Of a DNA stretch of 64,000 nt, positions 34,071 to 64,000 are shown in pieces. A program made the position numbers and the translations under genes. Numbering within the stretch: position 1 is the stretch's first letter; every line of letters starts with the position of its first letter. The notes beneath the pieces are model-generated. The model saw nothing but the letters and a program-made list of their open reading frames with translations, did no database searches and had not been told where the DNA came from. The stretch lies in the NCBI RefSeq assembly GCF_009914755.1, contig NC_060938.1; one strand, given 5' to 3'. This DNA comes from the human T2T-CHM13v2.0 reference genome, Homo sapiens.

Positions 34071-34084
34071 AATGGGACCTTTGA
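33008..34084 (+). CDS. LTB4R2: Leukotriene B4 receptor 2 (BLT2), class A GPCR, 358 aa; in-frame upstream ATG at 32915 gives 389 aa
   Basis: Single coding exon MSVCYRPPGNET...GPEWDL; 7 hydrophobic helices, GN (TM1), LALAD (TM2), QRC in place of DRY, WAPYH, NPVLY; acceptor at 32997/32998. Confidence 0.98.
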   Translation: MSVCYRPPGNETLLSWKTSRATGTAFLLLAALLGLPGNGFVVWSLAGWRPARGRPLAATLVLHLALADGAVLLLTPLFVAFLTRQAWPLGQAGCKAVYYVCALSMYASVLLTGLLSLQRCLAVTRPFLAPRLRSPALARRLLLAVWLAALLLAVPAAVYRHLWRDRVCQLCHPSPVHAAAHLSLETLTAFVLPFGLMLGCYSVTLARLRGARWGSGRHGARVGRLVSAIVLAFGLLWAPYHAVNLLQAVAALAPPEGALAKLGGAGQAARAGTTALAFFSSSVNPVLYVFTAGDLLPRAGPRFLTRLFEGSGEARGGGRSREGTMELRTTPQLKVVGQGRGNGDPGGGMEKDGPEWDL

Positions 34085-34560
34085 CAGCAGACCCTACAAC
34101 CTGCTGCCCTTCCCTGTCCCTTTCCACCCCCCACCCACCCTCCAGAGGTCAGTGTTCTGGGACATTTGGGGACCCTTCTTTGACTAGAGTTTGGATCTGG
34201 CTGGGTAGGATTACTATACACTTGGGGCAGGCCCAGGCTCCTCCAAACTGAGGGATTATGAGGGTGGTGATGGTCCCTGTTAAGGACTATTGTGTGCTTG
34301 CAAGTTGGCATGTACCCATGTGCCAGCATTGCTTACTTGTTGCCAATAGCTGTTATTGTGAAATACACTGGGAAGCCATTAGATGATGACTTAAGTGTGC
34401 TTCCCCTGGTGGTTCTTCATGCCTGAGTTGTACTGAAGCCACCTAGTTCCCTGCTGGGTCAAGCCAGGCTGGGCAGTGCCAGCCTTCAGTGGCATCTTGA
34501 CCTGCCCTCCTCAGCCCAGGTGCCCTGGTTCCACAGGCCAACCCATAGAACCACTCTGGA

Positions 34561-34566
34561 AATAAA
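34561..34566 (+). terminator. LTB4R2: Probable LTB4R2 polyadenylation signal AATAAA
   Basis: First AATAAA seen after the LTB4R2 stop. Confidence 0.6.
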
Positions 34567-35634
34567 GGAGAAAATGGAAGGAGAGGTATGGGAGCTTGGA
34601 TGAGGGGTAGGAATGGGATCCATTCTCTGAGGCTTATAAAAGCCTCTGAGGAGGAAATGGCTCTGAAGGGGAAAATGAATCTGTGGGGTTTGAAAAGGAA
34701 GTTTTCCTGCCTGTCTTGTATTTGGTCCAGTGAGTATGAGACAGGCACACAAGGAGTGGACAGTGGTGTAGGGGCCCTGGGAGTCTGAGACTTACCTTGC
34801 CCCCTGACCATCTGATCCTCCCTGCAAAGGCCACCTGACGTGAAAAGGAGCCAGGAGCAAGCACTCAGTCAGGGAAGTTTGGAGGTTGGCCATTGGGGTA
34901 TGAGGAATGGCAGGAATATTTAGAGGACAGGAATAATTTTTCAGAGAAGTGCCACATATTCTTTTTCTCTTTGCCAAGTCTGGGCTCCTTCTAAGATGCT
35001 GCTAGCTATTCCTAGCCCGTTCCCCAATACTTCTCTGCCCCCACCTTTTGGAATCCTTATCTAGGTCTAAAAACGGTTCTAGATCCTGACCCCTTTGATT
35101 GGGGGATGTAGAATGGGATTCTTTTCAGGGGACATCCACAAGTACACATCTGTGGTCACTAAGGTGACCAGCTCATCCCAGTTGGCCTGGAACTTTCCCA
35201 GTTTAAGCACTGAAAACTCCTTGTCCCAGCCCTGCCGGTTTCCCAACAAACTGAGATGGTTGGCCGCTCAAGTGGCTACCCTGACCATCACCCCAGGCTC
35301 TACTTTAGCGACTGCTCACACCTCCCTGCTTCCCAGACAGAAGTCAAAACAGCAAAAGAAACCCAGTCCCCAGGGTCATGCTAGGGCTACCAAAACTGGG
35401 ATGAACTAGCACCTGTGAACTAGAACAGCAGGGAGTATGCTTAGAGTGCCTGGTCCTGGGTGTGGGGAAGAAAGGCCATCAAGGTAGATGCGGGTGGGGA
35501 ACAGCTTGAGAGAGGAGGCAAGGACAACCCAGTTTCTGTCTGAAGGGGCCTCTGGTTGACCCTGGAGTTTCTGTCCCCAAACACAGGCCTCACGGGATTC
35601 TTTCTGTCCTCATGCACTGGGCAGAGGTTCCTTA

Positions 35635-35722
35635 ACTTCCTTTGTTGCACATTGCCATTCTCTCACATCCCGTGCGGTCAGGAAGCCCTTCCTGAACTCT
35701 GACTTCAGTTCTTGCTGCGGTT
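35635..35722 (+). promoter_or_regulatory. Myeloid-type motif cluster (PU.1/ETS plus two RUNX) upstream of LTB4R
   Basis: ACTTCCTTT 35635-35643; TGCGGT 35673-35678; TGCGGTT 35716-35722. Confidence 0.5.
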
Positions 35723-35858
35723 TCTGCCCATTTTTTTCATATCCTCTGACAGCTGCGAGGTCATCTCTGCTCTGGCTTTTCTCCAAGCAGAACAAGTGGG
35801 GGCTCTGGAAAGGTTAAGGGACCTCAGTGGCCACCATTATACTTTGCATCTTTCCTGA

Positions 35859-36236
<378 letters not shown>

Positions 36237-37986
36237 TAGCTTTTGCAGGAGACTTCAAGGAAAGGAGACATTCCTCTGTCCAGGAAACGGGTAAGGGGAC
36301 CATTTCTGCATTGCTGGTTTCCCCTCTTGGCAGGGTGGGCATGAGGCATCACTGTTCCTGCTCCCTCACTCCTGCTCCTCATGCTCAGCCTGCCAGCTCG
36401 GCCTCAACTTTGTGTGTCTAAAGTGGAACTGAATAGTAGGCTGTGAGAAGATAGGAAAGAGGTAGTGCCAATCTCCTTGCCCAGATCATAAATCCAGACT
36501 CAGCAGGGTAACCACATGGGCAAGCACAAGGTAGGTGCTTGGGGAAAGGGGAAGTAATTGGCATTCTGTGTGATACCAAGGAGACCATTTGGATTTTGGC
36601 TTCTACCAAAGAGAATGGAGAATTGGTTGACCTAAATGGAACCAGTCCCTTTAAGTAAGGGGAGGAAAGGGGGTGCTGGAAGATGGCCCTCTTCCCACCA
36701 CCTAGATCATAGCTTGAACTGAAGCCAAGGACAGAGTGCTGCCCCCTTCGGCATTTACTGATGTGCCCTCTTTAAATCATGATGTTATCTAACCCAAACC
36801 CAGACCCAGGACCTAGTCACAGCTCCAACCTACACTTCCTATTAATCTTAAAACAAAGCAAAACAAAACAAAAAGATATCAGCATTGTAGCCTCCAATCT
36901 GAGCCCATTTCCCTTCTCTGGCTACCATACCTCCTTCTCCTATATGATACCATTCACTACTTTGTTCAATTATCCAGTCTAGACCTGCATCTTGAGGCCA
37001 CACCCAGCCTTCTCACTCCCCACACCCCTCTTTCCTCTCTCACTGCTCCTTCCTGGTCTCTTCTCATCTGGCCCCACCTCTAAGGAGTCCTCCTGCCTTC
37101 TGGGTTGCCCTGGAAAACAGACTATCCCCCCTCCTAGTGAAGGGAGTGGGTAGGGGTTTCAGCCCCACCCTCAGGAAGATGCGTCTTCCCTGTCCTCTGC
37201 TCTGTGGTACTTCCTCTCTGGCTGATTTAGCAAACAGCACCTAGACCTGGGGCCAGGCCTTTGGCAGTGGGACAGATCCAGGGATAGGCTACACCACCCT
37301 GCCCTGACCCTGGGATTGGCATCAGCTTCCAACCAGTTCCTGCCAAAGCTTGTAAGTAAGTTTCCTGGGAGCGGCCGTGGTTGTGGTGGTGGTGGGACAG
37401 TGTGCAGCCATGAAAGAAGGTGCAAAGGAATCTCCAAAGAAAGCCTGACCAGCGTAAAAAGTTGGGAGGCTTTGTCCTTGTCACTTGTCCACTAAACTCC
37501 TCCCCTCCCTGTTATTCCTGGTTGACCCTGGGCATCTCTGGGGACAGTAGGCAGGTGATTGGGAAAGTTAATGGGATTGAGGGGCTGAGGGCCTGGCAGG
37601 GGGCAAAAAGACTGGCCTTTCAAGGGGTGCAGCATTGGTAGGAACTCTGTTTGGTTCTGGGCTTTAGGGTCTCCTAAGGGGAGGAGACTGAAAAGGTCTG
37701 GAAATGCTGCTGCTGCTGTGGTCACTGTATATTTTGCAATTGGGTCTGTGGACAGGAAGGGGCCGCATGACCCAGTTAGGAAACTAGTCTTTGTACTCAA
37801 CCAGATCCCTTTAAGTTGTCAGTCTGCAGCGATGGGGGCAGTATATTTCAGGGGGACCTCTGATGCTGCTGACCCTGGAGATAGACTAGAGTTCTCAGCC
37901 TAGGTGTGTCCATGGCGTCAGGAAACCCTTGGTCCTCTACTCTCATGCGTGTGTCCGCCCTCACTCTCCAGGTCCTCCCGACGGCC

Positions 37987-39045
37987 ATGAACACTACATC
38001 TTCTGCAGCACCCCCCTCACTAGGTGTAGAGTTCATCTCTCTGCTGGCTATCATCCTGCTGTCAGTGGCGCTGGCTGTGGGGCTTCCCGGCAACAGCTTT
38101 GTGGTGTGGAGTATCCTGAAAAGGATGCAGAAGCGCTCTGTCACTGCCCTGATGGTGCTGAACCTGGCCCTGGCCGACCTGGCCGTATTGCTCACTGCTC
38201 CCTTTTTCCTTCACTTCCTGGCCCAAGGCACCTGGAGTTTTGGACTGGCTGGTTGCCGCCTGTGTCACTATGTCTGCGGAGTCAGCATGTACGCCAGCGT
38301 CCTGCTTATCACGGCCATGAGTCTAGACCGCTCACTGGCGGTGGCCCGCCCCTTTGTGTCCCAGAAGCTACGCACCAAGGCGATGGCCCGGCGGGTGCTG
38401 GCAGGCATCTGGGTGTTGTCCTTTCTGCTGGCCACACCCGTCCTCGCGTACCGCACAGTAGTGCCCTGGAAAACGAACATGAGCCTGTGCTTCCCGCGGT
38501 ACCCCAGCGAAGGGCACCGGGCCTTCCATCTAATCTTCGAGGCTGTCACGGGCTTCCTGCTGCCCTTCCTGGCTGTGGTGGCCAGCTACTCGGACATAGG
38601 GCGTCGGCTACAGGCCCGGCGCTTCCGCCGCAGCCGCCGCACCGGCCGCCTGGTGGTGCTCATCATCCTGACCTTCGCCGCCTTCTGGCTGCCCTACCAC
38701 GTGGTGAACCTGGCTGAGGCGGGCCGCGCGCTGGCCGGCCAGGCCGCCGGGTTAGGGCTCGTGGGGAAGCGGCTGAGCCTGGCCCGCAACGTGCTCATCG
38801 CACTCGCCTTCCTGAGCAGCAGCGTGAACCCCGTGCTGTACGCGTGCGCCGGCGGCGGCCTGCTGCGCTCGGCGGGCGTGGGCTTCGTCGCCAAGCTGCT
38901 GGAGGGCACGGGTTCCGAGGCGTCCAGCACGCGCCGCGGGGGCAGCCTGGGCCAGACCGCTAGGAGCGGCCCCGCCGCTCTGGAGCCCGGCCCTTCCGAG
39001 AGCCTCACTGCCTCCAGCCCTCTCAAGTTAAACGAACTGAACTAG
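37987..39045 (+). CDS. LTB4R: Leukotriene B4 receptor 1 (BLT1), class A GPCR, 352 aa
   Basis: Single coding exon MNTTSSAAPPSLGVEF...PLKLNELN; GN, LALAD, DRS, WLPYH, NPVLY; acceptor at 37971/37972; tandem paralog of LTB4R2. Confidence 0.98.
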   Translation: MNTTSSAAPPSLGVEFISLLAIILLSVALAVGLPGNSFVVWSILKRMQKRSVTALMVLNLALADLAVLLTAPFFLHFLAQGTWSFGLAGCRLCHYVCGVSMYASVLLITAMSLDRSLAVARPFVSQKLRTKAMARRVLAGIWVLSFLLATPVLAYRTVVPWKTNMSLCFPRYPSEGHRAFHLIFEAVTGFLLPFLAVVASYSDIGRRLQARRFRRSRRTGRLVVLIILTFAAFWLPYHVVNLAEAGRALAGQAAGLGLVGKRLSLARNVLIALAFLSSSVNPVLYACAGGGLLRSAGVGFVAKLLEGTGSEASSTRRGGSLGQTARSGPAALEPGPSESLTASSPLKLNELN

Positions 39046-40343
39046 GCCTGGTGGAAGGAGGCGCACTTTCCTCCTGGCAGAATGCTAGCTCTGAGCCAGT
39101 TCAGTACCTGGAGGAGGAGCAGGGGCGTGGAGGGCGTGGAGGGCGTGGGAGCGTGGGAGGCGGGAGTGGAGTGGAAGAAGAGGGAGAGGTGGAGCAAAGT
39201 GAGGGCCGAGTGAGAGCGTGCTCCAGCCTGGCTCCCACAGGCAGCTTTAACCATTAAAACTGAAGTCTGAAATTTGGTCAACCTTGTGAGTGGGGTACAT
39301 GTGCTGTGGGTATCGGGGTGCTCGTGGGCGCCCTGGTGGGGCCCCTCTCGGTAGTTGAGAGTCACGTCCTTTAGTTCCCCATGATTTACAATTTTGGAAG
39401 GGACACAAAGAAACATAGACTGCCCCCATCCCAGATGATTCCGAGTACATAGTCTGCAGATAATACTTAGCAAAACGCAGTCTACAGACTCCTAAAGCAG
39501 CTTGTCTAGGAAGACCACCCATGTGGGCTTATCACTCCAGGTTCTGTGACCCGGGACCTTCTGAGAAAACAGCACTGCTGTGAAATATCTTCCTTGAAGC
39601 CTGTGATAAGTCTCCTTGTTAGAATGACTCCAACTTCCTGCCAATAATCTTTGTCCTCTCCATAGGAGATGTTCTAGGGGATGCCTTCCTTCCCTCCATT
39701 TCACAAAGAGGCCAGACTTGAGGACTAAGTCATTAGATCTTATCCCTTAGAATTTTGCATATCAGCATCTGCTAACCTCCACAACACACCCTGGCACAGG
39801 GTGGGGCTGAGGGCCCCAGGAAACAAAGATTCCCAAAAGTGAGAGGGATGAGTCATTATTTCCTAGAGATGACTGTTGTTTTAGAGAACCTTGGTCCAAC
39901 TCTGTTCTGACAAGGTTTTAGGAAGATGGCAACAACAGTGGCAGCAGTGTACTTTTTGGATCTTTCTCATAAAAAAACAAAAGAGCAAGTAAGAGAGGGA
40001 AACCAAATATCCACATGCAACATCCGCAACAAATCTAGTATGTCAAGGTTTGACATACTCCCATGGACCCCAAAGTATGAGCCAGTGAGAATGAGTCATC
40101 AATACCTCAAGACCCATATACCAGCATCTGTGCAGAAGGATGCAGAAGGAAGCAAAGGGATGTTGGATGGACCTAAGAAGAGGAGATCCCCAAGCTGTCT
40201 ACAGATCCTTACTGGAAGGTATGGTGCACCAATTTGAGAACAGCAGCTGAAACTGGGAGGGACCTAACGGAGTATTTCCCAGTCCTCTCGCCCATTCTGT
40301 ATGGTGAGCACATAATAGGTACTTATTTAGTGTTTGTCGAATT

Positions 40344-40349
40344 AATAAA
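40344..40349 (+). terminator. LTB4R: Distal LTB4R polyadenylation signal AATAAA (proximal ATTAAA at 39253-39258)
   Basis: Hexamers seen downstream of the stop. Confidence 0.65.
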
Positions 40350-40718
40350 GTTCAAATGACATTTCCCTGGAGATTCTTCCGGTATTTTTGAGTAGGGGGC
40401 AGGAAAGGGCAAATTTTTGTTTTGAGTCATGTGGCTAAATTCTTTATGCTTCCAAGGTGTACAAAATACTATAATCAAGTTGGCAGAGAGGCTGAGGGAG
40501 TTCTCTTCCTGAGCTTGTGAAAAAAATCACTCCCTTTCAAAATGCTTAGTCTCACATGCATGCATGTGTGCAGGCATGTGCACACACATTCACACACACA
40601 CTCGCACTAAAATTGGCCTGGGAAGAAGAAGAATTCCCACTGAAGGGCAATGAGAAGGTGATCCCCAGCTATATCAGCAGCTTCAGACATCAATGGGCTC
40701 CAGACACCCCAGAGTCTC

Positions 40719-40724
40719 TTTATT
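40719..40724 (-). terminator. ADCY4: ADCY4 polyadenylation signal AATAAA
   Basis: tttatt 26 nt after the stop codon. Confidence 0.8.
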
Positions 40725-40750
40725 GAGGTTCTTAGAAGGCGAGTGCAATC

Positions 40751-56997
<16,247 letters not shown>

Positions 56998-58384
56998 GAT
57001 CTCCCCAGCCCCGAGCCCCGGGGCTGGCTAGGGCCGGGCGCCGGGTTACCTCCTTCGGCCCGGCGGGCCCCACCTGAGCTTTTCTCACCCGCTCCAAGCC
57101 GCTACCACCCCGCGCCCCCAACCTCGTGGCAATCCCGTCTCCTTTTTCAGGCCCTCCCTGCGGCCTCCCAGCCCGCTCCCAGCTGGCGATGAGGGGATCC
57201 CTCAGTCCTTTCCTCCTCCTCCCTCAAACCCGGATTGTAGAGGTGCCCTAGAAAAGCCTCATCGCCAGGAGGGCAGGATTTGGGGTTGGTGCGAGGGAGC
57301 CCCGGGTTCCCCTGATCCCCGAACTCACTGCCCGCGGCGCTGGCGCAGCGGAGTGGGCTAGGTCCGGGGAGGGAGCCGGGGACCTGATGGCGGAGTCACG
57401 CTCGCCGCTGCGCTCTGGCTCAGAGTCCCGGGCGACAGGCGCTTCCCTCCCGGCGCCGCGGCCCCCTCCCACTTCCCCGACGGGACAGCCCGGCCCCTTC
57501 CTGTGCCAAAGCCGGACTCCCCTGGTCTCCTCCCGCACTTGGTTTTGTCTCTCCTAACACCATCGCCTCCCCGCTTCAGCCCCTTCAGGGAAGGGCAATG
57601 TGGACCCTGGGAGAGATGCGAAGGGGTGGGCTGGGGTGGACCCAATGGGATGTGTCCAAATGGAGGTGAACGTTTGGTAGTGGGGAGACCGAGGGCGGGG
57701 GGCTGAAGCCTGGCGAGAATGTAGGGAAGAATGTGGGTCCTGGTGGGGATCTAGGTCAGAGTTGGGGGCGCTCATTCTCTTGACCTCTCCGCTTGGCTGG
57801 CAACCACTACCACCGGGTTTGAACTGTTCATGCTCCGTGGGAGGGGTTGCGCCTGTGTATAGCTTTAGGAGCCATAGCTTTCCACTCCCGAACAGCAACT
57901 GGGAATCAAAAGGGAAGCAATGTCCAGGAAGCAACCTGAGTGTGTGGTGGAGGCAGGTATGTGGCCTCATGATCTCTAAGAGCCTGGGGGCACCGTGCGG
58001 GGCCAGGTCTGTGATCTTTCACATCAACTCATCCCTCGCCAGAGCCCTGCAAGTGAGTCTTGAGAGCCCGGAAGAAAAGGGACCACAGCCTCTATCCCCA
58101 GAGTTTAGGGTTAGGGTGGGGTCGCCATCCTAGGCTTTAGAGGAAGCACTGCCCTGAGATTAGAGAGTGGTCTGGGGAACCAGGCCTCTAGGATTCCTTC
58201 CTGTTGTAGCCGGCTGTGCCCTGACCTTGTGTGCCAGGCCATTGCCCACTCCCAGCCCCCAGCATCCCCACTTCCTGCCATAGCAGAGCTGTGGTGCCTC
58301 CCTATCCCTCACTGGCAGCTCCCACCCCCATCCCAGTCCCTCCCTGCCCCTGGCTGAGCTCAGACTGACTAGCATTCCATCATG

Positions 58385-58390
58385 TTTATT
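58385..58390 (-). terminator. RIPK3: RIPK3 polyadenylation signal AATAAA
   Basis: tttatt about 130 nt after the stop. Confidence 0.8.
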
Positions 58391-58519
58391 GACTCCTGGG
58401 GGACAGGTCACAAAGTCAGTTTGTGGGCAGGCCAGACTGCCCTAGAAGGAAGTCAGGGGCCTCAAGGGGTGGCACTCTTCCTTAACTCGTAACTCTTGGA
58501 GGCAAGCTTGGAAGGTGCT

Positions 58520-62171
<3,652 letters not shown>

Positions 62172-62520
62172 CAGGCTGGAAGGTGCCAGGGGGCCTCTGG
62201 AAATTGCGAGCCGTAGGAGATGGAGTGACTTCTGGGGCTTGGTCCTTTCGCAGAGAGGGGAAGGGGTCTGTCTGTGCAGGGGTCAGTCTCTAGACCAAGA
62301 CGGTGAGTCTACTTTCCGGGTTGCTACCCCTTTTCCGAGTTGACTGAACAACTTCCCTTATAGGCGCCTCTACAGTCCCGCCCCTGGGGTGGGGCAGGGG
62401 GCAGAGCGAAAGCTAGTGCCTTTCTCCTTGACTAGCGTTTCCTGAGCACCTGCCGCAGCCAGATTAGGTGTTGCTGGGCATTGAGGATGTTAGGGAAGGA
62501 GTCCTCACCTTCCAGGAACC
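62172..62520 (-). promoter_or_regulatory. RIPK3: RIPK3 5'UTR and promoter
   Basis: ETS-like TTCCGG near 62314, GC boxes (cccgcccc near 62377, ggggcagggggc), STAT/GAS-like TTCCAGGAA 62510-62518; CpG-rich stretch over exons 1-2. Confidence 0.6.
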
Positions 62521-64000
62521 CACAATCAACCCACTCCTACAGTCAAAGCCTTCTCTTTTCCCACAGGATTTCCTGCTCCACGACCTGCCAGGCCATGAGT
62601 GGAGATGGTGCTTAGGAGGGTTTTATGGTTCTAGGGCTCAGCTCTCTCACAGCTGCCCTAAGATCATAGCCAACACGTATATAAAACTTATCATGCACCA
62701 GGTATATATATTAGCTTATTTAATTCTCACACGAACCCTAAGGGGATAGGTACTGCTTTTATTACCTTTCTATAGGTGAGGAAACTGAGACACTGAGAGT
62801 TTAAGTACCTTGCCTAAGCCCATATGGAAATAATGGCTCTGAACCATCAAGTTATCCTGTTTTCACATAGGCTTCAGGGCTGTACCACTCAGCTGGTCGT
62901 GCAGGTGGCTGGGAAAGGTGTGAAGCATCCAACGATGTAGTGAAGGATCCCTATCTGTATTCCTGCCCAGTCCCTATAGCTGCTCTTGAGAGGCAAGTCT
63001 TTGGCATTGATAGGGACTTATATGCCCTTTGAACAGGAGCTCCTGGAGGTGGCAGGCCCCAAGCCCACTCCCAGGGCATTGTGGTAAGGCTAGATATATC
63101 AGCCCATCCAGAGGGTTGGTGACATTGTGGTGTACACTACAGTGGAAACACCTCAGAGCTTTCCTGCCCTCTCCCTTGCATGACAACTCTTGCATGCAAA
63201 TACCCTAATTAATGTTCCTGACAAGCACATGCTCTGGACACAGTCTTTTGATAACCCAGAAGCATGGAGAGTCTTAAAGATTTAGGGCAGAAAAAAGGTG
63301 TCCATATTTTACCTTTCTGAGGTCTGACCATGACTGGAGGTTGTGGGAACCCGATAGGGCCTGCCCTAGGCACTCAATCCTTCACAGGGATACTCAATCC
63401 TGTGGGTTGTGCCTTGGCTCTCACTAAAGGTGCTCACCTTGGTACTTGCTTTCCATTTTGTTCAGTGGTCCATGGGCTCTGCTGGTTGAGGCAGAAGTGA
63501 TCTGTAGTTTTTTCTAAAACAACTCTTGGAGAGCCACACCATGGCTTCTAGCAGGGTCAGTTCATGCTATTTTGGAGCTATTTAGGGAATTGTTCAACCG
63601 TAGTCTCCTTAAAAGCCAATACATGGCAGATACCCAATAAATATTTGTTGAATTGAATGAATAAATGAACAACCCAAAATATCGAGCCTTTCTTAAGGCA
63701 CTGATCATCCTAGATGGAGCTCCATACTCAGTAGGAGGAAAGAGGTGATTGGGTTCCTGTAGGGACTGAGGGCTCTCACCTGCACAGTTCATGAAATCCA
63801 TCTGAAGTAGGCTTTAGTATAGAGATATGGTGGTATCACACAGAATCCAAGAAGGCAAGAAGTGTAGCAGGTCCTCAGAAAAGCCTAGAGTCAGAAGCTG
63901 AGAGCCATCAAAAGGGGCAGCCACTCCCTTTGTGATTCTTTTTAGAGAGAATAACCCAGGCTCAGTATCTCCACTTGAAGGGAACAGGCAGAAAGGATTT

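Overview
Human (primate) genomic DNA matching the gene-dense chr14q12 cluster. I walked seven protein-coding genes exon by exon; all introns are GT-AG and the summed CDS lengths give the expected proteins: DHRS1 (-, 313 aa), NOP9 (+, 636 aa), CIDEB (-, 219 aa), LTB4R2/BLT2 (+, 358 aa), LTB4R/BLT1 (+, 352 aa), ADCY4 (-, 1077 aa) and RIPK3 (-, 518 aa). Bases 1-12.9 kb are intergenic and repeat-rich (L3/CR1, L2, MIR, ERVL-type LTR, Alus). I saw no prokaryotic system, CRISPR array, tRNA/rRNA or foreign insert. The most interesting structure is the overlapping NOP9/CIDEB/LTB4R2/LTB4R block. A putative distal LTB4R leader exon carries strong-Kozak AUGs in all three frames: a BLT2 C-tail uORF, a 44-aa ORF whose stop overlaps the BLT1 start (ATGA), and a 273-aa alternative-frame ORF overlapping BLT1. 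The block also has back-to-back opposite-strand splice sites and a NOP9 3'UTR that appears antisense to all CIDEB coding exons and ends in an LTR-derived polyA signal. Elsewhere: an LTR13 solo LTR with a CTCF motif in ADCY4, a triple-nested MER1>MADE1>Alu, Met at RIPK3 codon 300 beside a splice donor, and perfect short tandem duplications. Repeat family names and transcript structures outside the CDS are from recognition or inference and need confirmation.
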